Origin: an uncultured Chlamydiae bacterium
GTDB taxonomy: Bacteria > Chlamydiota > Chlamydiia > Chlamydiales > JAJFMA01
DNA length: 64,000 nucleotides
Direction of reading: 5' to 3'
Assembly (NCBI GenBank): GCA_963713615.1
Contig: CAVQMM010000001.1
Location: 3,040,001-3,104,000 of the forward strand
A program made the translations under genes and the position numbers. The notes below the pieces were generated by a model that saw nothing but the letters and a program-made list of their open reading frames with translations, was not told where the DNA came from and ran no database searches. Below, in pieces: positions 1 to 9,034 of this stretch (positions are counted from its first letter, which is position 1; the number at the start of each line of letters is the position of its first letter).

Positions 1-514
1 CCTCGCAACAGAGAAGCGCTACTGGTGGTTAACTGCCGCACAGGCAGCTCAGAAAAACGTTTCAAGTGAGGGGTTTGCGCAACAACTGTTAACTGCCGCA
101 CAGGCAGCTCAGAAAATGGAGACTCTTTACTCATGGCTAGCCTGCCGGTTAACTGCCGCACAGGCAGCTCAGAAATTGTTAGCAAGCACCACGGGATTGA
201 TCTTGTCGTTAACTGCCGCACAGGCAGCTCAGAAAAGTGAGTCGTAGGTCGGGGCACCAGTAGCGCTGTTAACTGCCGCACAGGCAGCTCAGAAAAGCCA
301 ACAGCACGCAAGATCCAGGACCAAAAGGTTAACTGCCGCACAGGCAGCTCAGAAAGTATAGGTCGGATGGCCTAAAGCCGAAGCCAAGTTAACTGCCGCA
401 CAGGCAGCTCAGAAATACTTGGCCATGGAGCAGCGCTACTGGTGCAGGTTAACTGCCGCACAGGCAGCTCAGAAAAGTGTCAAAAGACGCTGGGCGTAGT
501 TGCATGGGTTAACT
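1..514 (+). CRISPR. Type I-F CRISPR array, trailer end (array runs off the left edge)
   Basis: Eight identical 28-bp repeats GTTAACTGCCGCACAGGCAGCTCAGAAA at 28, 88, ... 448 (60-bp period, 32-bp spacers), then a truncated GTTAACT at 508. The CTGCC-N5-GGCAG hairpin and GAAA end match the Cas6f/Csy4 (I-F) repeat class. Confidence 0.97.
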
Positions 515-629
515 ATCGTGAGTTCTGTTGAATGAAGAAATTGGAGATTCTATCAAGTAATCAATTTTGTGTAAGCAAGCCTTTTCGATAAATCGACAAC
601 CGATAAGGGCCCCCTTGAGCAGGTCTTAA

Positions 630-1145
630 CTATAATGGAGAAAGTGAATCTGCACGATCCAGCAAAGCAATGATCGTCTTTTCAGAAACAGGTTTGTAAT
701 CCCAAACTTCGATGGAAAGATTGAGTTGCCGATCAATAAATTTGTTGGGTCGTTTTTCATGAACATGGCCATGAAGCTGAAAATGTGACGGTGAAGGCTG
801 AGCAGGGATATGCACAAGTTCGACTCGGTGACGCCCTATCTTGATGAAGGCGGATTCGAGCACAAGTAAAAATCCGATCTTATGCATTTTAGAGGGAGTT
901 CCATCGTGATTACCTCGAATGCAGACCTTATTTCTGCGAAGGCGTGAACAAAGATCGGCAAGAAAATCTGTTGTTCCTAGACCAAAATCGCCTAAAAAGA
1001 AAACTGTATCCTGCGGTTTAACGAGAGCATTCCAATTCTCAATAAGCCTCTCATTCATTTCGCTAACGGATTGAAAAGGGCGTCCAGTATAGGCGATGAT
1101 ATTGGCATGAGAGAAGTGAGTATCGGAAATGAACCATCTATTCAT
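630..1145 (-). CDS. Calcineurin-like metallophosphoesterase (phage/MGE type)
   Basis: Motifs SDTHFSH, LGDF, RGNHD and HGHVH. Confidence 0.9.
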   Translation of the reverse strand: MNRWFISDTHFSHANIIAYTGRPFQSVSEMNERLIENWNALVKPQDTVFFLGDFGLGTTDFLADLCSRLRRNKVCIRGNHDGTPSKMHKIGFLLVLESAFIKIGRHRVELVHIPAQPSPSHFQLHGHVHEKRPNKFIDRQLNLSIEVWDYKPVSEKTIIALLDRADSLSPL

Positions 1146-1341
1146 TTTTTACTCCAACAATCATTTGCTGATTCCTCCAACCTGGGCACTATTCTCAGTC
1201 AAGATAGGAAGGAAATAATCCCTAATTTCGAAGACCACTCTTTCCAGGGTATCGGATTATGTCCAATACCTTTAGAAAGGCATCCCGTCGTTCCAGTGTA
1301 AGCCTCAGAAAAGGCCTTTGGAATTTCCCGCATAGCCTTCA

Positions 1342-2022
1342 CTATCGTTTCTCGATGGGCGTTTTATACGCCTGCTGAGGATGGGCTGGCTGATCAGGAT
1401 ATCGATAGATCAGTTCCCCAGATTTAACCATCTTCGAAAGGAAATAATCCCTCAGGTATCTAGGGTCTCGACTTAGAATCTGTGCTAGTTGCGCTAGTTG
1501 TAAAGGTGCTACAGAACACAGCTTCTTTAGCAAATCTTTAATTTCTTTCGATTTGCAACGTCTTCTCAGGGAAACAATCTGCTGTGTTAGTTCATCTGAT
1601 AGAGGAGGAAACCCCGCTGGTATCGCAGCTAACCCCTTATACAAGGGGTTAGTATTGGGGGTTAACTCCCCTAATAAAGTGCTTATATGAGGGGTTAGCT
1701 CCCCCGATAAGGCACTTATATGAGGGGTTAAGTTTGCATTTGGACTCTTTATGTCTCCAGCTTCATTGATTTTAGGACCTAGAGTATAGTAAGTTCCGTT
1801 ACCCGCACCCTTCATGGTGAGGAGACTTAGATCTCGGAGACGACCCAACGCTTTACTAGAAGAAGCGGCGGAGGTCAGTGTCCCGTTGATCTGTCTATAG
1901 TCTTGATTCGTGATTGCTCCTACCTCTTTTGCAAATACCAGGGCTCGCATGTCGGCTTCCGAAAGCTCAAAATTTTTAAGCAGCGATAGCCATTTAAGGT
2001 TTTCCTCATCAAGCAGGTGATG
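1342..2022 (-). pseudogene. C-terminal remnant of an AlbA/HATPase (RecG-C-like) winged-helix protein, truncated by the IS66 end
   Basis: wHTH segment (GAITNQDYRQING...LGRLRDLSLL) and terminal YPDQPAHPQQAY. The ORF's first codons lie inside the IS66 inverted repeat at 2023, so the native N-terminus is missing. Confidence 0.7.
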
Positions 2023-2573
2023 GTGTCCCTCCCGTGAGCGTGCGTGAAATAAAATATTCCGCCATGGCATGATACCCCTCATTAACGTAGGAGGGTATCA
2101 TGTCCTATCTGGATAAATTGGCTAAAGTCGAGGCACTCCTTCAACGTGCTTCCTCTGAGGGAGAACGCCATGCAGCCGAGCTTGCCAAGCAACGAATCTT
2201 AGCCAGAATTTCCGATATACACACCAGTCGGCCCATCGAGTACAAGATCTCTCTGGATAGTCCATGGAAAAGACGGCTCTTTGCAACGCTCTGCTCCAAA
2301 CATGGTTATAAAACCTATCGATATGCACGCCAAAAGCGCACTACAGCTCATGTGATGATTTCTAAAAATTTGATGGAAGAGGTGCTTTGGCCTGAATTTT
2401 TGCGGTATGCAAAAATTCTGGAAGAACTCGTCGAGGAGATCTTAAAGGACTTAACGGCCAAGATCCATCATGTGGAAGAGGAAGAGTTAGAAATTGCTGG
2501 CGAGATCGCACATTAAGGAGGAGCAAGATTGTGTGAATAATTCCAGGGCAACCAAGCCTTGGGATCCTCTAAA
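2023..2573. mobile_element. Truncated older IS66 end (IR + passenger gene + last ~60 bp of tnpC)
   Basis: Near-identical to 2574-3123. Begins with IR GTGTCCCTCCCGTGAGCGTGCGTGA. Confidence 0.85.
2100..2516 (+). CDS. IS66 passenger protein, DUF2786-like N-terminus (copy 1)
   Basis: LDKLAKVEALLQRASSEGERHAA resembles DUF2786. GGAGGG RBS. Three aa differences from copy 2. Confidence 0.75.
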   Translation: MSYLDKLAKVEALLQRASSEGERHAAELAKQRILARISDIHTSRPIEYKISLDSPWKRRLFATLCSKHGYKTYRYARQKRTTAHVMISKNLMEEVLWPEFLRYAKILEELVEEILKDLTAKIHHVEEEELEIAGEIAH

Positions 2574-2649
2574 GTGTCCCTCCCGTGAGCGTGCGTGAAA
2601 AAAATATTCCGCCGTGGCATGATACCCCTCATTAACGTGGGAGGGTATC

Positions 2650-3066
2650 ATGTCCTATCTGGATAAACTGGCTAAAGTCGAGGCGCTTCTTCAACGTGCT
2701 TCCTCTGAGGGAGAACGCCACGCTGCCGAGCTTGCCAAGCAACGAATCTTAGCCAGAATTTCCGATATACACACCAGTCGGCCCATCGAGTACAAGATCT
2801 CTCTGGATAGCCCGTGGAAAAGAAGGCTATTTGCAACGGTCTGCTCCAAACATGGTTATAAAACCTATCGGTATGCCAGGCAAAAACGCACCACAGCTCA
2901 TGTGATGATTGCTAAGAATTTGATGGAAGAAGTGCTTTGGCCTGAATTTTTGCGGTATGCAAAAATTCTGGAAGAACTCGTTGAGGATATATTAAAAGAC
3001 TTAACGGCTAAGATCCATCATGTGGAAGAGGAAGAGTTAGAAATTGCTGGCGAGATCGCACATTAA
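2650..3066 (+). CDS. IS66 passenger protein, DUF2786-like (copy 2)
   Basis: Paralog of 2100-2516. Its stop overlaps the tnpC stop (shared TTAA). Confidence 0.75.
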   Translation: MSYLDKLAKVEALLQRASSEGERHAAELAKQRILARISDIHTSRPIEYKISLDSPWKRRLFATVCSKHGYKTYRYARQKRTTAHVMIAKNLMEEVLWPEFLRYAKILEELVEDILKDLTAKIHHVEEEELEIAGEIAH

Positions 3067-4676
3067 GGAGGAGCAAGATTGTGTGAATAATTCCAGGGCA
3101 ACCAAGCCTTGGGATCCTCTAAAGCACTTTCAGTATTCTTTTGGATTGCTGTGAGATAGTTATAGGGATTGATCTTATTTAGAGCGCAGGTTTCGATGAC
3201 ACTCATCAGAATATCAGCAATTTTGGCTCCAGTTTCATTTTTGAAAAAATAGGCGTTCTTACGGTTAAGTACGGCCCTTTTGAGTTGACGCTCGTTGTCA
3301 TTGTTTGAGACTGGAACTCCAGGAATACGTAAGAACAGTGTCAGCCCCTCCCAGTGATTATCAAGATATTGAATAGCCTTCCCAAAACTGCTATTGGGCT
3401 CTATTTGCTTGGAGTCTATAAGATCTTTGCAATAGGCTCTCATTTTGTTCATGATCGGAGCACTTTTGTCTTGATGCCACTTTAGTCTATCTTCAGGAGC
3501 CAGTCTTTCTTTTTTTGCTATTTTGTCGTTCAGAAACACTAAGTCAAAGGATGAGACTACATTTACGCACTCATTAGGCCAGTGCGATGCAATCTCATAG
3601 AAATTACGTCGTGCATGGGCATTACAATAGGCTAGTTGAGTCGAGTAATTCTTTGGAATGTTCCTTGATAGAGCATCGCAAGCTTGTATGGGTACTGGAA
3701 GAGCCTCGTCACGCATATCTAAAAGATCTTTTAAATTTTCTCCTGCGTGCTGTCTTCCAGTAAAAAACAAGGCGATCTCTTTGTCGTGTGCTTTTCCAAG
3801 AATGCCCGTTGTGAATATTCCCTTCCTTTCTGGATTGGCTACTTCGTTTTCCTTCATAAGGCTAAGCACTCTTGCCATCGTATCGTCGTTGTGAAGGCAT
3901 TCACAGTTGGCTGCGAGTTGGCACAGCTCTATGAAAACAGGCTCCATGCACTCTGCAACATCATGGGTCATGCCCCAAATTTCTGTATCTGAAATAGGGT
4001 TGCCCAAAATGGTCTGTATTTGCTCTTGACGATAGAAGGGCATGCCACCGCGATATTTAAGAATCGAGACAATAGCCTTAGCTGACTTATCGACTCTTGA
4101 CTCTTTGTAAAGCTCTTCGGGTAGTCTAGCGGTGAACACCTGTTGACAAATAGGACAGCGAAGTCTTTCAGGTTTGTAGATATGCACATTTAACCAGGGT
4201 TGCCCCACAATGCGAAGCACCGTTCCGGAAGCTAGATTGAATAATTTGCCTTTACCACACGCAGGACAGGTAGAGCCCTTTTTAAGAACCTCGTGGGCTA
4301 CTTTTATGAGCTGCGCTTCTTGATAATCGCTTGCTGGTCGATGCCCGTGCCCTTTTGCCGGACCTGCATCAGAAGGCTTCTCACTTGAAGTATCCTCAGA
4401 AGTGCTATTTCCTTTCTCGCTTCCAGTGTTTTTTGGTCGCAGTAGATTCTTTAACTTCTGTGCACTTTCCGTCTTAATCCCGAATACAGCTTTAAGCCTT
4501 GCAATACTCAAAGACTGCTCTCGAAGAGATCCCTCCATCCATATCATTGCCCTTACAAGATCAGCAAGCAAGGGGAAATCGTCTACCTCAAGGGATTGAC
4601 TCTCGATCCTCTGTATGAGGGATTCAATCTCTTCTGTAGTAAAATCTATGCGTTTAGGTCGCTTTGCCATCTTCAA
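3063..4676 (-). CDS. tnpC: IS66 DDE transposase TnpC
   Basis: CPACG/CPIC zinc finger, LHNDDT, CNAHARRNF, NNDNERQLKRAVLNRKN and C-terminal INPYNYL...WLPWN. Confidence 0.93.
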   Translation of the reverse strand: MKMAKRPKRIDFTTEEIESLIQRIESQSLEVDDFPLLADLVRAMIWMEGSLREQSLSIARLKAVFGIKTESAQKLKNLLRPKNTGSEKGNSTSEDTSSEKPSDAGPAKGHGHRPASDYQEAQLIKVAHEVLKKGSTCPACGKGKLFNLASGTVLRIVGQPWLNVHIYKPERLRCPICQQVFTARLPEELYKESRVDKSAKAIVSILKYRGGMPFYRQEQIQTILGNPISDTEIWGMTHDVAECMEPVFIELCQLAANCECLHNDDTMARVLSLMKENEVANPERKGIFTTGILGKAHDKEIALFFTGRQHAGENLKDLLDMRDEALPVPIQACDALSRNIPKNYSTQLAYCNAHARRNFYEIASHWPNECVNVVSSFDLVFLNDKIAKKERLAPEDRLKWHQDKSAPIMNKMRAYCKDLIDSKQIEPNSSFGKAIQYLDNHWEGLTLFLRIPGVPVSNNDNERQLKRAVLNRKNAYFFKNETGAKIADILMSVIETCALNKINPYNYLTAIQKNTESALEDPKAWLPWNYSHNLAPP

Positions 4677-4718
4677 CTATCCCCAGGGCATCTATTTGAA
4701 AATAAAAAAACAATATTG

Positions 4719-5075
4719 TCATCCAATTTTTCGCCATGTATCTGAAAAACAGGCAAGACCCGGGTCTCCATTCCACAGAAGTGTTTGGAGCTCACGAGCC
4801 TCCAAAATCACTTCAACACCGCCACTTGCTGGTTTAGGCCACCAAGAAAACCTTCCCTTTGAAAGACGTTTAATGCAGAGCCAAAACCCCTGTCCATCGT
4901 ACACTAAAACCTTTAGAGAGTTGACAGACCGGTTTCGAAAGAGAAAAACCGCACCACCAAAGGGATCTTTGCTTAAAGTCTGTTTACAACAAGCGGCAAG
5001 CCCATCGATTCCCTTGCGGAAATCGACGGGAGCGATGGCGACGTAGATGAGCATTTGAGGGGTGATTTGAATCAT
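4719..5075 (-). CDS. tnpB: IS66 accessory protein TnpB (Orf2)
   Basis: PVDFRKGIDGL, VFLFRNR, LVYDGQGFWLCIKRL and GRFSWWP. Confidence 0.95.
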   Translation of the reverse strand: MIQITPQMLIYVAIAPVDFRKGIDGLAACCKQTLSKDPFGGAVFLFRNRSVNSLKVLVYDGQGFWLCIKRLSKGRFSWWPKPASGGVEVILEARELQTLLWNGDPGLACFSDTWRKIG

Positions 5076-5467
5076 GAGAACTCCCCTCTAAAGAGTTTAC
5101 TAATAAGGGCAGGCAGATCCTTAACAGGCCCAGTCCAGCGAAGAGTAAGAGGCCCTGCTTGGTGCTTAAGAGTAATTTCAACAAATGAATGGGATTCACT
5201 AGGTAGAGGGCGTACTTGAGCAAAATCTTGGATGGTTTGTTTTCCACGCGCTAAGCGCTTCTTAAAGTACTGGACAGAGACGCCTATGGCAGATGCAATT
5301 TCAGCAACAGAGTAAGTCATCGTAAGATTGAACGCAGCTTGCCAGAGCTCCTTGGAGAAGCGTGGATGGCCCTTTTTTTGGGATCTAACGCGATGAAATT
5401 CTTGAGCGACTTGTTCGAGCGAAAGTGTAGCAGTTTTCATGAGCAACCTCCTTGGTTGTTTGCTCAC
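5072..5467 (-). CDS. tnpA: IS66 TnpA-like HTH protein
   Basis: Lies upstream of and overlaps tnpB. PRFSKELWQAA...VAEIASAIGV is HTH-like. Confidence 0.75.
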   Translation of the reverse strand: MSKQPRRLLMKTATLSLEQVAQEFHRVRSQKKGHPRFSKELWQAAFNLTMTYSVAEIASAIGVSVQYFKKRLARGKQTIQDFAQVRPLPSESHSFVEITLKHQAGPLTLRWTGPVKDLPALISKLFRGEFS

Positions 5468-5718
5468 GAATTTCGCTCAACCTTGTTTCAAAATCACGCA
5501 CGCTCACAGGAGGGACACTGTTGTTCTAGAGATTCTTTAAGGGCTGTTTTTAAAGCGAGGCTTTGGTTCTCTGTAAAGCCTAATAGGCTTCTCGGTTTCG
5601 TTGGAGCTTTTTCGAATTTGCTACCTCTTCCATTTGCGAATATTTTCTTGTCGACAAGTAAATTATTTGATATCTTCACGACCGCGAAAAATAACACCTG
5701 AAAAGATGGAGCGGAGAT

Positions 5719-6048
5719 ATGAACTGTAGACTACCTAAGTCATTGTTTTTGTCACTAGTTGTTGCATTTACTTGCCCTTTAGCGATTGGCGCTGTTGAAA
5801 TGAAGGACGCTTTTGAGAATCCCGTAACGCAGCATGAAAAAATTTACGTTTCTCCAGAGCAAATAGTACTTACTCCAGGGGCTATCTTCTTTTTATCGTC
5901 TGAAGGGACGTTAAACCAGGCTTCTTTGCTTTCCGCAGATGCTGAAGGTATTTTTGTGATTGCGGCGTATTACCAATGTCCTGCCTGTGGACACTGGAAT
6001 AATAAGAACAAATGTGGAAATAATAAATGCTCAATGTATGGTCGATGA
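5719..6048 (+). CDS. Small exported protein with C-terminal Cys cluster (CPACG...C...C)
   Basis: GGAG RBS, signal-peptide-like N-terminus, zinc-ribbon-like tail. Confidence 0.75.
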   Translation: MNCRLPKSLFLSLVVAFTCPLAIGAVEMKDAFENPVTQHEKIYVSPEQIVLTPGAIFFLSSEGTLNQASLLSADAEGIFVIAAYYQCPACGHWNNKNKCGNNKCSMYGR

Positions 6049-7091
6049 TTACGTTTTTAAACAAATCCTTATTTAGTTGTCACATTTATTTTAAGTTGGT
6101 GTGGTTCTTGTCCACACTTTTATGTTTTTTTGGGTGTCAATCCGCATCCGACAAGTCACATTCTCGCTATCGAGTTGCAGATACCCTGGCAAGCATTCCG
6201 GCTGAACATCGCCATTCGATTGATGTGTTGTTTTCTAGACTTATTCGAGACACCAGCGCCGCATACACGTTTTTTGGGCCTAAGCCGATCACAGTGGAGT
6301 CTTATGCAGATGGTCCTGTGAACTTTGACCCAAGTACCCTTTTACAGCCCGCAGAAAATTTAAGTCTCACAAAGGGTTGGCAATCCTGGGAACTTTATGG
6401 TCATTTGTTTCCTAGCAAAACGTTTATGCTACGCCGCATTCCTCTAAAGCTGAGTTCGTCCTTCTCTTATTGGTATCTTGTAGTCATTAACAAGCCAGCA
6501 ACTCTGGATATGATTAGTCGTCACTATGATTTTTTCGTGCCCTTGTTACCTGGATGTGAAAGTCCAGAACAATTTATGAGTGAAATGGAAGGTTCTGACG
6601 CATTTTTAGGTCGAGTATTGGGAGGTTCTGAAGGGTTAGGGATTTTGCTAGGTTATGGACGAGCAAATGCCCATGCATTTAATCGTAGAGCCAATACTTG
6701 TATCTATCTTAATCAACGAAGCGTGCCACCTTTGAAAGCTCCTTCAGATACCCGCTATCTATGCCCAAGAAGTAGCTTTTTTGTGAAGAGTTATCGTAGT
6801 TTTTGTTCGAAAAAAATAGCCTCGGTGGAGGCCCTTCAGGCCGATTTAGGGTTTAATAACCTGGCCGATGAACTCAACACGATCTGCGAAAATCTGAAAG
6901 GTTTTGATCTAGTTGCTGCGGATCTCCTGGAGCAATTCATGCCACCGGTTTTTATGGCATTTAAGAATGATCCAGAAACAGAGGAGTTGAGGCAAGCATA
7001 TATGAAAACACGTCAGGACCTTTCTCGTGTTTTGTCACAAAAACCTATACTTGAAACCGTTTTGACAAGATGGATGGAAGATGCTTCATAG
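6027..7091 (+). CDS. Hypothetical lipoprotein-like protein
   Basis: 354-aa ORF with a lipobox-like LLCFFGC, overlapping both neighbours as in an operon. True start uncertain. Confidence 0.7.
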   Translation: MLNVWSMITFLNKSLFSCHIYFKLVWFLSTLLCFFGCQSASDKSHSRYRVADTLASIPAEHRHSIDVLFSRLIRDTSAAYTFFGPKPITVESYADGPVNFDPSTLLQPAENLSLTKGWQSWELYGHLFPSKTFMLRRIPLKLSSSFSYWYLVVINKPATLDMISRHYDFFVPLLPGCESPEQFMSEMEGSDAFLGRVLGGSEGLGILLGYGRANAHAFNRRANTCIYLNQRSVPPLKAPSDTRYLCPRSSFFVKSYRSFCSKKIASVEALQADLGFNNLADELNTICENLKGFDLVAADLLEQFMPPVFMAFKNDPETEELRQAYMKTRQDLSRVLSQKPILETVLTRWMEDAS

Positions 7092-7785
7092 ACAATGTTA
7101 TTTAACTTGGTTGCTAGCTGCGGCAATGATTCTCACTATTTACTTGCCATTCGAAATTGGTCTACATGCCAGCGAGATGACAAGTGATGAAGATCCAGAG
7201 CTCATTAAGCTTTCATTCTATAGAGGATATCTGCTCTGGAGAGAACAGCTTATGCGTCCTGGGGTCTCCTACGACTTAGATCAGGTTATCGCTGGAATGC
7301 GTGCTGCCGAAAAAGGTGAATATCCAAAAAATGAGGACCCTGTCGAGCTTGAAAAACTTGTCAGAAAGCTTCAAGAACATATTTTGGCCAAAGAAAAGGA
7401 TAATAATTTAGCCAATGCGGAGTGTTTTCTAGCCAGTATCAGAGCGGAAAAAGATTCGATTGAGATCGTGAAGGACAGACTATATTTCAAGCGTTTGAAG
7501 GTAGGTTCAGGCCCAGCTGTAAAAGCAAATAGTTCTCCTGTTTTGACTTTTGAGGCACGAACACTGGAATTACAAGGAGAAGAGGATTTTTTTGACAAAC
7601 CCAATCAGGGAGCCATCTCTCTTCCCAACACAATTCCAGGTTTTGCCCAAGGTGTTACTGGAATGCTTTCAGGCGAACGGCGGCGGCTGTTTATCCATCC
7701 CGAATTGGCCTATGGAGTTGATGGAGGGCTAGTAGGACCAAACAGGCTTATCATATTCGACGTGGAGGTGGCAAGTCTCGAGTAG
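7081..7785 (+). CDS. Mip-like FKBP-type peptidyl-prolyl isomerase
   Basis: DLDQVIAGMRAA dimerisation helix and TIPGFAQGVTGMLSGERRRLFIHPELAYG...PNRLIIFDVEV. Confidence 0.9.
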   Translation: MLHRQCYLTWLLAAAMILTIYLPFEIGLHASEMTSDEDPELIKLSFYRGYLLWREQLMRPGVSYDLDQVIAGMRAAEKGEYPKNEDPVELEKLVRKLQEHILAKEKDNNLANAECFLASIRAEKDSIEIVKDRLYFKRLKVGSGPAVKANSSPVLTFEARTLELQGEEDFFDKPNQGAISLPNTIPGFAQGVTGMLSGERRRLFIHPELAYGVDGGLVGPNRLIIFDVEVASLE

Positions 7786-7836
7786 TTTTATTCAGCCCAT
7801 TCTGCTCGTGTCAAGGCATCATTTGCGAATGTCCTT

Positions 7837-8286
7837 CTATTCAGACATTGTGCTGTGAAAATGTTTTTGGTTGATTCTCAACTTCGTCAGCCAGCTATGT
7901 GTCGGTTTAGATGTTCCAAGTTTGCGTGGGAAATTGTACTGTTTGTAGAGGGCTACTGGTTCAGCAAATATTGGTGAGGCATCTCGCCGTAATGTTCCGT
8001 GCTGTTCTAGCGATTCCTTAAGGGCCGCTCTTAAAGCATTGCTAAGCAAGAAAGCCGCATGTTTTAGAGGGGTTTTGTAGGTGCCTCTCACCCATTTTTC
8101 TAGAAGGACTTGGGAAATAGAGTTTGCAAGAAAGCAGGTTAAATCCATGTCTTGAAGAAGTTTGCAGTCCATTTCTGGATTTCCCCCGAACAAACGTATA
8201 AGAGCATCTGCTCTTTTCTGATATGCAAATTGGCAAAGTCCCTCATGCTGTACTGCAAAAAGTTCTATGGGCTTTTGGAGCATCAA
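7837..8286 (-). CDS. Hypothetical protein or gene remnant
   Basis: 149-aa ORF. Its segment ALRAALKESLEQ resembles ALKTALKESLEQ in the 5519-5697 remnant. Confidence 0.4.
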   Translation of the reverse strand: MMLQKPIELFAVQHEGLCQFAYQKRADALIRLFGGNPEMDCKLLQDMDLTCFLANSISQVLLEKWVRGTYKTPLKHAAFLLSNALRAALKESLEQHGTLRRDASPIFAEPVALYKQYNFPRKLGTSKPTHSWLTKLRINQKHFHSTMSE

Positions 8287-8345
8287 TAAGATGGCCAGGT
8301 TCCCAAAAGGTCAGTGGAATGCCCATTCGAGGAGGAACGCCGGGG
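8283..8345 (-). pseudogene. traU: traU fragment distal to the IS607 insertion
   Basis: Minus strand reads PGVPPRMGIPLTFWEPGHLID, the conserved TraU G-I-P-x-x-F-W-E-P motif. Confidence 0.75.
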
Positions 8346-8413
8346 TTGGCAGCAGCTGCCAAAAATCTATATATTTCTTGACAACTCTATGCAAATTGCA
8401 TAGATTTTAGCGC

Positions 8414-9034
8414 ATGAAGGTGAGTATCAAGAAAGCAGCTCAGGAACTTGGCGTACACGAGGCTACACTCCGTCGTTGGGAGGCTGCTGGCAAAATCCAG
8501 GTTGAGCGTACACCCAAGGGACACCGACGTTATCTATTGTCTAGCCTAAAAGGATTTAGTCCTAAAGCCACCTCCTCTAAGGTTTCTAACGGTTTGACGC
8601 TCTGTTACGCGCGGGTTTCGAGTCATGATCAAAAAAAAGACCTCGTTTGTCAAAAAGCGGTGTTAGAGTCTTTTTGTGCAGCTCATGGATGGACCCATGA
8701 AGTCATTGAGGATCTCGGCTCGGGATTGAATTCTCAAAAGAAGGGTTTAAAAAAGCTCATTAAAGCGATATGCTCTGGCATCGTTGGCCGTTTAGTGATC
8801 ACACACAAAGATCGCCTGATGCGGTTTGGGGCCGAACTGATCTTTTCTCTTTGTGAGAGCTTTGGTACGGAGATTGTAATCATCAATGCTAAAGAAGACA
8901 CGACTTTCGAGGATGATCTCGTCCAGGACGTGCTAGAAATCATCACCCTGTTTTCGGCAAGACTTTACGGCGCAAGAAGCCGTAAAAATCAGAAGCTGCT
9001 TAAGGCACTTAGTAAGGCTGCTAATGCCGTCTAA
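8414..9034 (+). CDS. tnpA: IS607 transposase (MerR-like HTH + serine recombinase)
   Basis: AAQELGVHEATLRRWE, RTPKGHRRY, YARVSSHDQKKDL, DLGSGLN, THKDRLMRFG and FSARLYGARS. Confidence 0.97.
   Translation: MKVSIKKAAQELGVHEATLRRWEAAGKIQVERTPKGHRRYLLSSLKGFSPKATSSKVSNGLTLCYARVSSHDQKKDLVCQKAVLESFCAAHGWTHEVIEDLGSGLNSQKKGLKKLIKAICSGIVGRLVITHKDRLMRFGAELIFSLCESFGTEIVIINAKEDTTFEDDLVQDVLEIITLFSARLYGARSRKNQKLLKALSKAANAV

Larger units (their letters stand above)
2574..5518 (-). mobile_element. IS66-family element (tnpA-tnpB-tnpC) plus a convergent passenger gene
   Basis: 25-bp terminal IRs GTGTCCCTCC(C/T)GTGAGCGTGCGTGA at 2574 and 5494-5518, enclosing the three canonical IS66 ORFs. No target-site duplication seen. 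Confidence 0.92.
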
